Under the pieces are notes generated by a model. The model worked only from the letters and a program-made list of their open reading frames with translations. It searched no databases and was not told the origin of the DNA. A stretch of 64,000 nucleotides of DNA from an uncultured Gemmatimonadales bacterium (lineage in GTDB: Bacteria > Gemmatimonadota > Gemmatimonadetes > Longimicrobiales > RSA9): positions 480,001 to 544,000 of the forward strand of contig CAWFKH010000001.1 of NCBI GenBank assembly GCA_963816355.1, read 5' to 3'. Below are positions 1 to 7,884 of the stretch, piece by piece. Both the position numbers and the translations under genes were made by a program. Within the stretch, counting starts at the first letter, position 1; each line of letters opens with the position of its first letter.

Positions 1-307
1 CCCGCCGGCGGTGCTCGACCTCGGCCCGGATCAGGGCGAGGGCGCGCTCCGTGGTGAAGCGCTCGGCATCCCAGCAGCGGGTGAAAGCGTTGCCCCGGCG
101 GCCTTTGCGGTCACAGTCGACCGACGCCGGTGCGCCGCGGCGGTAGCTGAGCACGCAGCCATCCCAGGTACCACGTTTCACCGCGCCGCGTTCGAGGTCA
201 AGGGAGAGCTGGACGAGGCCGTCGTGCGCGAACTCGCGCAGCTCGGCGGCGAGCTCCGCTTCGGCGTCCCCGATACGCGCGCTGGAAATGAAGGAGAAGG
301 GCCACAT
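1..307 (-). CDS. hypothetical protein, 3' end beyond window (MWPFSFISSARIGDAEAELAAELREFAHDG...)
   Basis: ATG at 307 preceded by AGGAGGT (311-317); frame open to the window edge; absent from ORF track because no stop is in the window. Confidence 0.65.
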   Translation of the reverse strand, partial: MWPFSFISSARIGDAEAELAAELREFAHDGLVQLSLDLERGAVKRGTWDGCVLSYRRGAPASVDCDRKGRRGNAFTRCWDAERFTTERALALIRAEVEHRRR

Positions 308-367
308 ACAACCTCCTGCGTGGGATGGTCCGGTGGGATCGGCCGCTGCGGCGCGGGAACCCGGTGG

Positions 368-421
368 GGAAAAGACGCGAGGGAGCCCCGTGAGATGCGC
401 ATCCATCACGGGACTCCCTCG
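368..421 (-). terminator. intrinsic terminator-like hairpin in the leader of the 1-307 gene
   Basis: 16-bp stem 378-393/406-421; its single +strand C/A mismatch is a G-U pair on the minus strand; followed by UCUUUU. Confidence 0.6.
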
Positions 422-535
422 TTGGGCGCTAGATCGGGCGGGGCTGGCGACGCGAGGCGTGCGGCACTCCAGCACTCGGCGATCCGACGCCGATTCCGTC
501 CACGAAGGCTCGGAAGCGGCTCGTAGCCGCGCCTC

Positions 536-565
536 AACTTAGAAGGGCGGTCGCGGGCGGGTCAA
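536..565 (-). promoter_or_regulatory. sigma70-type promoter
   Basis: TTGACC-18nt-TAAGTT on the minus strand in an intergenic region. Confidence 0.55.
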
Positions 566-611
566 GATCGGAGTCGGTCGGGTGGTCTCGCGCGCGGCGT
601 CGGGCCGACCG

Positions 612-2078
612 TCACGCCGTCGCAGGGACCGAGGCCGGGCTCCCCGCGGGCAGGTCGATGCGGAAGGTGGTGCCGTGATCGACCTCGCTGACGACGGTGA
701 GGTCGCCGCCGTGGGCCTCGGCGACCTGTTTCGCGATGGCGAGGCCGAGGCCGGAGCCGCGGCTGCGCGCCTCCGACCCCACCTGGTAGAACTTGTCGAA
801 GATGAAGGGCAGGTCCTGGCGCGGAATGCCGCGGCCGGTGTCGCTGACCTCGATGCGCACGCCGCCATCCGCGTGCGGCGTGGTGTGGACGCGGATCTCA
901 CCCCCTTCCGGCGTGAACTTGAACGCGTTCGAGATCAGGTTGCCGAGCAGCTCGTTGCGCAGGCGATCGGGGTCGGCCACGATCGACGCGGGCGCGCCGT
1001 CGTCGATGTCGGCGGAGAAGTGGATCCGCTTCTGCTCGGCGAGCGGCTCGAAGGTGCGCCGCACGATCGCCATCAGCTCCGCGAGCGCGACCTCCGCCGC
1101 GTGCAGCTTGAAGCCGCCGGCCTCGATGCGGCTCACGTCCAGGAGCTGGTTGACCTGACGCGTCAGGGAGTCGACCTGCTCGGTGACGCGATCGAGCACT
1201 TCGCGCTGCTCGTCGGTGATGGCGCCGTACATCCCGTCCTCCATCAGCTCGACGTAGCCGCCGATGACGTTGATCGGCGTCTTGAGCTCGTGGCTGGCGA
1301 CGCTGACGAACTCGGCCTTCAGCCGGTCGAGCTCCGCGAGCTGCTCGGCCATCACGCGGAAGGAGCGCGACAGGTCGCCGATCTCGTCCTCGCGCTCGTA
1401 CGGCAGGTCGCGCGGCACCATGAACTGGCCGCCCGCCACCTCGCTCGTCGCCTTGGCGAGCCGCTTCAGCGGGACCGACACGGCGCGCGTCGTCCACGTC
1501 ACGATCAGCAGCGAGAGCAGGAACGCGAGCGCGGCGACGAGGAGCGTGGCGCTCGCCGCGCTCTCGCTGATCCGCATGGCCTCGGAGACCTCGCGGGCGC
1601 TGCGCACGTCGATCGAGTCGGCGACCGGCACGAGCGTGCGCTGGGTACGCTTCATGAGCTCGCTGATCGGCTCGATCTCGTCCGTGGCGCGCGTCATCGC
1701 TCCGGACTGCACCAGGCTCTCGATGCGCTGGATCGAGGCGTCGAGCGAATCGAGCCGCAGCGCGGTGGGCTGCACCACGCGCCGGTAGCCGGTCTCGGCG
1801 ATGTGGCCGAGCTTGGCGCGCGCGCTGTCGCTGGCCGTGTTCATGCCGAGGCGGGAGCGGTCTCCCGGAACCGCGACGTAGGAGCGGACGAAGCGGTCGA
1901 TGTCGGCCAGCGCCGCCTGCAGCTCGCCCAGCGCCTCGAGCGCGACGGCGTGGTGGGCGCGCTGCTCCAACGCTATGTTGCGAAGTTCGGTCAGCCGGCT
2001 CACCGCGAAGAGGGCCGGGCCGACCGCCAGGAGCGTGATGCCCCCGAACGTCGCGAAGAGACGCTTGCCGAGAGTCAT
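612..2078 (-). CDS. membrane HAMP-domain sensor histidine kinase
   Basis: two TM segments flanking a helical sensor, HAMP (DEIGDL), H-box SHELKTP, N-box NLISNAFKF, G-boxes DTGRG and GSGLGL; start moved to ATG 2078. Confidence 0.92.
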   Translation of the reverse strand: MTLGKRLFATFGGITLLAVGPALFAVSRLTELRNIALEQRAHHAVALEALGELQAALADIDRFVRSYVAVPGDRSRLGMNTASDSARAKLGHIAETGYRRVVQPTALRLDSLDASIQRIESLVQSGAMTRATDEIEPISELMKRTQRTLVPVADSIDVRSAREVSEAMRISESAASATLLVAALAFLLSLLIVTWTTRAVSVPLKRLAKATSEVAGGQFMVPRDLPYEREDEIGDLSRSFRVMAEQLAELDRLKAEFVSVASHELKTPINVIGGYVELMEDGMYGAITDEQREVLDRVTEQVDSLTRQVNQLLDVSRIEAGGFKLHAAEVALAELMAIVRRTFEPLAEQKRIHFSADIDDGAPASIVADPDRLRNELLGNLISNAFKFTPEGGEIRVHTTPHADGGVRIEVSDTGRGIPRQDLPFIFDKFYQVGSEARSRGSGLGLAIAKQVAEAHGGDLTVVSEVDHGTTFRIDLPAGSPASVPATA

Positions 2079-2117
2079 CGAGGCTGTCGCGCGTGCGTTT
2101 TCATCGGGCGCCCGGCT

Positions 2118-2157
2118 TGCAGGGGGCGTGCCGCGCGATGACGGCGCGCGGTATGCA
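2118..2157. promoter_or_regulatory. possible back-to-back sigma54 (-24/-12) promoters
   Basis: minus CGGCACG-cccc-CTGCA (2133-2118); plus CGGCGCG-cggt-ATGCA (2142-2157); both GG-N10-GC. Confidence 0.35.
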
Positions 2158-2238
2158 TCCGCGCCTGCATCGTGCAATCTGCAGCCGGCGAGCGCCAGAG
2201 AGAGATCCGTCCGCACCTCGCACATTCCGGGAGAGAAG

Positions 2239-3087
2239 ATGATCGCAGACGGTCAGCAGGCTTCCTTGCGCGGCGCCGATACGAGCGCCGTCGAGCGCGA
2301 GGCGGAGGGCGGCGACGCCGCTCCCTCGGGCGAAGGCAAGTACGTCTACTGCATCATCCGCACGCGCGAGGAGAAGGACTTCGGCCCGATCGGCATCGGC
2401 GAGGGGGACAGCCGCGTGTACACGGTGAGCCACGATCAGCTCGCGGCGGTGGTGAGCGACACGCCGATCCGGATCTACGACCCCACGCGCGAGAACGTGC
2501 TCGCGCACGAGCTGGTCAACGAGACGGTGATGCGCGAGCACACCGTGATCCCAATGTCGTTCGGCACGATCTTCCGCACCGAGCACGACATCGTCGAGCT
2601 GCTCAAGTCGACGTACCGCGCGCTGGACGACGTGCTGGAGAAGATGCGCGACCGCATCGAGTTCGGCCTGAAGGTGCTGTGGGACCGCGACAAGGTGGTC
2701 GCGCGGCTGGAGCGGGACGACGACGAGATCCGGCGCCTCAAGGAGGAGATCAACCGCAACGCGCAGAGCTCGACGTACTTCGCGCGCGTGCAGCTCGGGC
2801 GGCTCGTCGAGAGCGCGCTGGAGGCGGCGGCGAACGCCTACATCGCCGACATCCACGACTCGCTGCGCAGCGTGGCGGTGGCGAGCAGGACGAACAAGCC
2901 GATCGGCGACCGCATGATCATGAACGCCGCCTACCTCGTCGACCGCTCGCGGGAGGAGGAGCTCGATGAAGCGGTGCGCGCGTTGAGCCGCAAGTACGAG
3001 GACGCCCTCTCGTTCAAGTACACGGGGCCGTGGCCGCCGTACAATTTCGTCAACATCCGGCTGCGTCTCGAGCGCGTCGAGGACTAG
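2239..3087 (+). CDS. GvpL/GvpF family gas vesicle protein (1)
   Basis: YVYCII start, AHELVNE..TVIPMSFGTIF, C-terminal TGPWPPYNFV. Confidence 0.9.
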   Translation: MIADGQQASLRGADTSAVEREAEGGDAAPSGEGKYVYCIIRTREEKDFGPIGIGEGDSRVYTVSHDQLAAVVSDTPIRIYDPTRENVLAHELVNETVMREHTVIPMSFGTIFRTEHDIVELLKSTYRALDDVLEKMRDRIEFGLKVLWDRDKVVARLERDDDEIRRLKEEINRNAQSSTYFARVQLGRLVESALEAAANAYIADIHDSLRSVAVASRTNKPIGDRMIMNAAYLVDRSREEELDEAVRALSRKYEDALSFKYTGPWPPYNFVNIRLRLERVED

Positions 3088-3088
3088 C

Positions 3089-3403
3089 TTGGGCCTGCTC
3101 AAACACCTCCTCTTCTGGCCGGTCACGGGGCCGCTCTTCCTCACCGACTTCTCCCTCGACCGCGTGCAGGGCGTCGTGCGCCAGGAGCTGACCGACGACG
3201 AGCCGGTGAAGGCGGAGCTCATGGAGCTCCAGATGCAGCTCGAGCTCGGCGACATCGACGAGGCGGAGTACGACGCGCGCGAGCGCGACCTGATGCGCCG
3301 CCTGCGCGAAGTCCGCGAGTGGCGCCAGCGCTTCGGCATGAGCGTCTCCGGGGGGACGGTGCGAGTGGCGCGCGAGCCGGAGGCCGACGACGGCGCCGGA
3401 TGA
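3089..3403 (+). CDS. gvpG: gas vesicle protein GvpG
   Basis: MGLL..LLFWPVTG N-terminus and ELGDIDEAEYDARERDLM.RL motif; operon context. Confidence 0.85.
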   Translation: MGLLKHLLFWPVTGPLFLTDFSLDRVQGVVRQELTDDEPVKAELMELQMQLELGDIDEAEYDARERDLMRRLREVREWRQRFGMSVSGGTVRVAREPEADDGAG

Positions 3404-5120
3404 GCCCGCGCTCCTGGCGCGCGCCGGTGAGCACCGCTGGATCTTCGTCGTGGGCGCCGGCGGCGTGGGCAAGACGACGACGGCGGCCGCGCTCGCCGTG
3501 GCGAGCGCGGATGCCGGCCGTTCGACGCACCTCCTCTCGATCGATCCGGCGCACTCGATCGGCGACGCCTTCGGCGCACCCGTCGGCGCGGTACCGGCGC
3601 CCTCGCCGTGCGGCGGCCGACTGCGGCTGGAGGAATTCGACGCGGCGGCGGCGGCGCGCGCCTGGCGCGCCGAGAACGCGCCGGCGGTGCGTGAGCTGCT
3701 CGACCGCGGCACCTACCTCGCCACCGAGGACGCCGGGCGCCTGAGCGAGATGGCGCCGCCCGCGCTGGAAGAGGCGATGGCGCTGCTGCGGCTCGCGGCG
3801 CTCGACGCCGACGGCGCGCAGCGGATCGTCGTCGACACGCCGCCCGCCGGACACACGCTGCGGCTGTTCGACGCCACCCGCGCGATCGCGGCGTGGGTCG
3901 CCGTCCTGGAGGCGGCGGGGGCGAAGGGCGATGCCGTGGCGACGGGACTGACCGGTTCCGGGCGGCGCTCGGCGGCGGGCGAGGTGGCCACGCGGCTGGC
4001 GCGTGATCTCGCGACGGCGCGGCGCGTCCTCGGCGACGCAGCGTTCGTCCTTGTCACGCGCGAGGAGCCGGTGGTGGGGGAGGCGACGGAGCGGCTGCGG
4101 GCGGCGCTCGCCGCGCGCGGCTGCGCGCCGCCGGTCGTGGTGGCGGTGGGCGGCGGTGGCGCGGACGGCGGCACCATCCGTCTGCCACGGGTCGCGCCGC
4201 CGGTGGGATGCGACGCGCTGCGGCGGCTGCTCCGCGACGCGGCCGCCCCGGAGGCAGGCGAACGGCGCGCCGCGGCCGGGCCGCCGGGCGCGGCGGACGA
4301 CGCCGTCGGAGCGCTGCTGGCGTCCCGCCGCATGGTGTTCTTCGCCGGCAAGGGAGGGGTGGGCCGGAGCACGTGCGCGGCCGCGGCCGCGATGGCGCTC
4401 GCGCGGCGCGGCGGCGTCACGCTTGCGGCGATGGGTGCCGCGCCCTCGCTGACGGCGCCGGGGGTGCGCGTCGTGGATCTCGCGGCGGGCGAAGGGGAGG
4501 AGGACGCGACGGCGCTGCGGGAGCGGCTGTCGGAGGCGGCGGACCGCGCCATCACCGGCACCCTCGGCGAGTCCGCGCTGCTGGACAGGCGGGTGGCCGC
4601 GGCGCTGTTGGAGGCCGGTGCGCCGGCCGTCGAAGAGATCATGGCGGCGGGGCGGCTGGCGTCTTTGAAGGGACGGGTGGTCGTGGACGGCGCGGCGACG
4701 GCGGAGTTCGCGCGATTGCTCGACATGCCGGACGTGGGCCTGGAGTGGCTCCGCTTGCTCGTGCGCCTGGCGGCGCGCTACGGTGGTGCCGCCGCGACGA
4801 TCGAGCGGGACCTGCTTCCCGCCGCGCGACGCCTGCGGGCGCTGCGGGAGGAGTTGCGCGGCGACGGTGCGGGCGTCGTCGTCGTCACGCTCGACGAGGA
4901 TCTGGTGCGGTCGGAGAGCGAGCGGCTGGCGGCCTCGCTGGCGTCGCGAGGGATCGCGGTGCTCGCCGTGCTCGTCAACCGGGTTCGCGACACGGCGTCG
5001 ATCGGTGCGGAGGCGTGGGCGGGGTCGCCACCGGTGGTGGCGGCTCCGGAGATGTCGCCGCTGCCGGGCGGCGCGCGCGGACTCGACGAATTCTTCCAGC
5101 GGTGGCGGATGGTGCGATGA
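3390..5120 (+). CDS. ArsA/Get3-family tandem two-domain P-loop ATPase (start uncertain: ACG 3390, CTG 3414 or GTG 3450)
   Basis: WIFVVGAGGVGKTT, SIDPAHS, DTPPAGHTLRL in domain 1; FFAGKGGVGRST in domain 2; frame open from 3342. Confidence 0.85.
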   Translation, partial: TAPDEPALLARAGEHRWIFVVGAGGVGKTTTAAALAVASADAGRSTHLLSIDPAHSIGDAFGAPVGAVPAPSPCGGRLRLEEFDAAAAARAWRAENAPAVRELLDRGTYLATEDAGRLSEMAPPALEEAMALLRLAALDADGAQRIVVDTPPAGHTLRLFDATRAIAAWVAVLEAAGAKGDAVATGLTGSGRRSAAGEVATRLARDLATARRVLGDAAFVLVTREEPVVGEATERLRAALAARGCAPPVVVAVGGGGADGGTIRLPRVAPPVGCDALRRLLRDAAAPEAGERRAAAGPPGAADDAVGALLASRRMVFFAGKGGVGRSTCAAAAAMALARRGGVTLAAMGAAPSLTAPGVRVVDLAAGEGEEDATALRERLSEAADRAITGTLGESALLDRRVAAALLEAGAPAVEEIMAAGRLASLKGRVVVDGAATAEFARLLDMPDVGLEWLRLLVRLAARYGGAAATIERDLLPAARRLRALREELRGDGAGVVVVTLDEDLVRSESERLAASLASRGIAVLAVLVNRVRDTASIGAEAWAGSPPVVAAPEMSPLPGGARGLDEFFQRWRMVR

Positions 5121-5905
5121 AGGTGCTCTACCTCTACGGCTTCGTTCCGGCCGCGCCGCCGCCCGAGGCGTCGCTTCCGGAAGGGGTGTCGGGGCGGCCC
5201 GTGGAGGTGATCGGCGTCGATCCGGCGTTCTCGGCCGTGGTGTCGTGGGTGGACGAGGCGGAGTTCGCGGGCGAAGCGCTGGAGGCGAGGATTGGGGACC
5301 TGTCGTGGGTGGGCCGCCAGGGGGTCGCGCACGAGCGGGTCGTCTCCCGGCTCGTGGACCTCGGCACCGTTCTGCCCGCGCGGCTGCTCACGCTGTACTC
5401 GGGCGAGCCGGCGTTGCGGGCGGCGATCGACGCGCGTCGCCAGACGCTGCGCCGGGACATCGAGCGGCTGAGCGGCCAGCGGGAGTGGGACCTCCGCTTC
5501 ACCGTGCGGCCGGAGGCGCTGGAGCGCGAAATGGGCGCCGTGTCGGAGGAGATCCGGTCGCTGGACGAGGAGCTGGCTGCGGCGCCGCCCGGCCGTCGCT
5601 ACCTGCTGCAGCGGAAGCGGACGGCGCGCGCGCGGGAGTTGAGCGGCGACGCGGCACTCGAGCTCGTTCGCCGCGTGATCGACGAGGCGCGTGAGATCGC
5701 CACCGCCGCGCGCGTGCTCCCCGCGCCGGACGGCACGCCCGGCGGCGTGGTCCGCACGGCCGCGGTGCTGGTGTCCACAGGCAAGGCGGAAGCGCGTCTG
5801 CGGGAATTTCTTGAGCGGCGCGCGCGCGAACTGGGGACGCACGGGCTCGACATCGAGTTCTCCGGGCCGTGGGCGCCGTACCGCTTCCTCGCGGAGGAGA
5901 CCTGA
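5117..5905 (+). CDS. GvpL/GvpF family gas vesicle protein (2)
   Basis: LYLYGF start, AHERVV..TVLPARLLTLY, SGPWAPYRF end; ATGA overlap with the ATPase. Confidence 0.88.
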   Translation: MKVLYLYGFVPAAPPPEASLPEGVSGRPVEVIGVDPAFSAVVSWVDEAEFAGEALEARIGDLSWVGRQGVAHERVVSRLVDLGTVLPARLLTLYSGEPALRAAIDARRQTLRRDIERLSGQREWDLRFTVRPEALEREMGAVSEEIRSLDEELAAAPPGRRYLLQRKRTARARELSGDAALELVRRVIDEAREIATAARVLPAPDGTPGGVVRTAAVLVSTGKAEARLREFLERRARELGTHGLDIEFSGPWAPYRFLAEET

Positions 5906-6231
5906 TGAGCGCGTCCGGCGCGGCTCCGGCCGCGGCGATTGCGGAGACGGACCTTCAGCGCCAGATCACGGTCGCGGAGCTGCTCAACCGCGTGCTCGAC
6001 CGGGGCGTGGTGATCACGGGCGACGTCGTGATCAGCGTGGCCGGCGTGGACCTCGTCTACCTTGGCCTGCGCGCCGTGCTCAGCTCGACGGAGACGTTGC
6101 GGGGATCGACGCGGACGCGGCATGCGGTGGGCGCGGAGCGCGCGGTGGCGGCGGGCGATGCGGCGGCGGGCGATGCGGCGGCGGGCGATGCGGCGGGGGC
6201 AGGCGATGCGGCGGCAGGCGAGGAGCGATGA
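5905..6231 (+). CDS. GvpA/J/S-fold gas vesicle protein (GvpS-like)
   Basis: ELLNRVLDRGVVITGDVVISVAGVDLVYLGLR; TGATG overlap. Confidence 0.85.
   Translation: MSASGAAPAAAIAETDLQRQITVAELLNRVLDRGVVITGDVVISVAGVDLVYLGLRAVLSSTETLRGSTRTRHAVGAERAVAAGDAAAGDAAAGDAAGAGDAAAGEER
6148..6220 (+). repeat. in-frame imperfect 15-bp tandem repeat (AAGDA) in the GvpS-like tail
   Basis: GCGGCGGGCGATGCG-type unit repeated about 4-5 times. Confidence 0.75.
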
Positions 6232-6905
6232 GCGGCCTGTACCTCTACTGTCTGGTGCCGCCGGAGTGCCGGCCGGCTGGCGTGCGCGGGATCGCGGACG
6301 AGACCGTGGTCGCTCTCGACCTGCACGCTCGCGTATGGGCGTGGGCGGGGCCGCAGGAACGGGCGCCGGAAGTGTCGGTGGCGGCCGCGGAGCGGCACAA
6401 CGGTGTCTCGCTCGCGGCGCTCGCCGCCGGCGTCACGCCGATCCCGCTGCGTTTCGGCCAGTGGATCGCGGATGCGGCGGCGGCGAGAGACGCGCTGGCG
6501 GACGCGGAACGGCTGGCCGCGGCGCTGGATCGCGTGGCGGGCGCGGCGGAGTACGGGGTGCGGGTGCTCGACGAGGCGGCCCTCCGCGAGGTTCCGCGCG
6601 AGCGGCCGACGACGGGGCGGGCGCACCTGGAGAGTCTGGCGGCGCGGCGCCGCTCGGCCGGCGCGGTGCGCGAGAGATCGGCTCCGCTGCTTTCGGCGCT
6701 GCGCGAGGCGGTGGGCGGACTGGTGCGGGAGGAACGAGCGAGGGAGGATGTGCGTGGCGTACGCACCGTGCTGGAGGTGGCGCACCTCGTGCCGCGGGAA
6801 GCGGAGACGGAGTACATGAGCGGAGTGGGCGCGTTGCGACGTCGTTTTCCCGCGCTGCGGTTTCTGTTCACGGGGCCGTGGCCCCCGTACTCGTTCGCCC
6901 CATGA
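6228..6905 (+). CDS. GvpL/GvpF family gas vesicle protein (3)
   Basis: LYLYCLV start, PIPLRFG, TGPWPPYSF end; ATGA overlap. Confidence 0.88.
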   Translation: MSGLYLYCLVPPECRPAGVRGIADETVVALDLHARVWAWAGPQERAPEVSVAAAERHNGVSLAALAAGVTPIPLRFGQWIADAAAARDALADAERLAAALDRVAGAAEYGVRVLDEAALREVPRERPTTGRAHLESLAARRRSAGAVRERSAPLLSALREAVGGLVREERAREDVRGVRTVLEVAHLVPREAETEYMSGVGALRRRFPALRFLFTGPWPPYSFAP

Positions 6906-7246
6906 GCGGGGCGGTCGAGCCGCGGGTGGACGTGGATGCGCCGGAGGCGTTCCTCGCGGAGCTGGAGGAGGTCTCGGCGCGGCTGCCGAAGCGGATCGAC
7001 GCGGACGCGGAGAGCATCGACGTGGGGCTGGCGCGATTGGTGCTAACGCTGATGGAATTGATCCGCCAGGTACTTGAACATCAGGCGATACGCCGCATGG
7101 AGGGGGGACTCCCGCCTGCGGACGTGGAGCGCGTGGGCCTGGCGTTGTTGAGGCTGGAGGAGCGGCTGGAGGAGGTCAAGGCGGTCTTCGGGCTCGACGG
7201 CGAGGAGTTGAACATCGACCTCGGCCCGCTGGGACGACTACTCTGA
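6902..7246 (+). CDS. gvpK: gas vesicle protein GvpK
   Basis: GLARLVLTLMELIRQVLEHQAIRRME ... LNIDLGPLGRLL. Confidence 0.92.
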   Translation: MSGAVEPRVDVDAPEAFLAELEEVSARLPKRIDADAESIDVGLARLVLTLMELIRQVLEHQAIRRMEGGLPPADVERVGLALLRLEERLEEVKAVFGLDGEELNIDLGPLGRLL

Positions 7247-7256
7247 GGAGCGCGCC

Positions 7257-7586
7257 GTGACCGAACGATACGAGCTGGGCCCCGCGCGGTCGCAGGGGCT
7301 GGTCGATGTGCTGGACCGGATCCTGGACAAGGGTCTGGTGATCGCGGGCGATATCCGCGTCCACCTGGCCAATGTGGAGCTGTTGACGATCCAGATCCGC
7401 CTGCTGGTCTGTTCCGTGGACAAGGCGGACGAGATCGGCATGGACTGGTGGCGGACCGATCCCTTCCTCTCGTCGGGGCCGCGGCAGAGGGAAGCGCTGG
7501 ACACGTTGGGGGACCGATTGGGACGAATCGAGGAGAGGTTGGGAGTGATCGAGCAGCAGCGGATTGCACGTCCAACGGGAGAGTAA
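7257..7586 (+). CDS. gvpJ: gas vesicle protein GvpJ
   Basis: [49 protein letters not shown]. Confidence 0.88.
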   Translation: MTERYELGPARSQGLVDVLDRILDKGLVIAGDIRVHLANVELLTIQIRLLVCSVDKADEIGMDWWRTDPFLSSGPRQREALDTLGDRLGRIEERLGVIEQQRIARPTGE

Positions 7587-7587
7587 C

Positions 7588-7881
7588 ATGGCGGTGGAAC
7601 GCACGGCGGCGGGCAGCAGCCTGATCGACGTCCTCGATCGGGTGCTGGACAAGGGGATCGTGATCGACGCCTACGTCCGCGTATCCCTGGTCGGGATCGA
7701 CCTGGTGACGGTGGAGGCACGCATCGTCGTCGCTTCGGTGGACACCTACCTGAAGTACTCGGAGGCGATCGGCGTGACCGGCATCGCGTCGCGGCCGACG
7801 CTGCCGGTCGGCACGTCGGAGCTGGATCGCGTGATGGCCGAGAACGCCGAGCTCCGGAAGCGGCTCGAAGAGCGGGCCTGA
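7588..7881 (+). CDS. gvpA: gas vesicle shell protein GvpA with C-terminal extension
   Basis: [53 protein letters not shown]. Confidence 0.92.
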   Translation: MAVERTAAGSSLIDVLDRVLDKGIVIDAYVRVSLVGIDLVTVEARIVVASVDTYLKYSEAIGVTGIASRPTLPVGTSELDRVMAENAELRKRLEERA

Positions 7882-7884
7882 GCC

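Noticed and set aside
11..542. Plus-strand ORFs 11-526 and 288-542
   Set aside because: No motifs or RBS; the minus strand has promoter, terminator, SD and a better ORF
3390..5120. Arsenite-efflux ArsA
   Set aside because: No arsB/acr3/arsC/arsD/arsR nearby; embedded in and coupled to gvp genes
6148..6220. CRISPR-like or mobile repeat
   Set aside because: No spacers; in-frame low-complexity coding repeat; no cas genes
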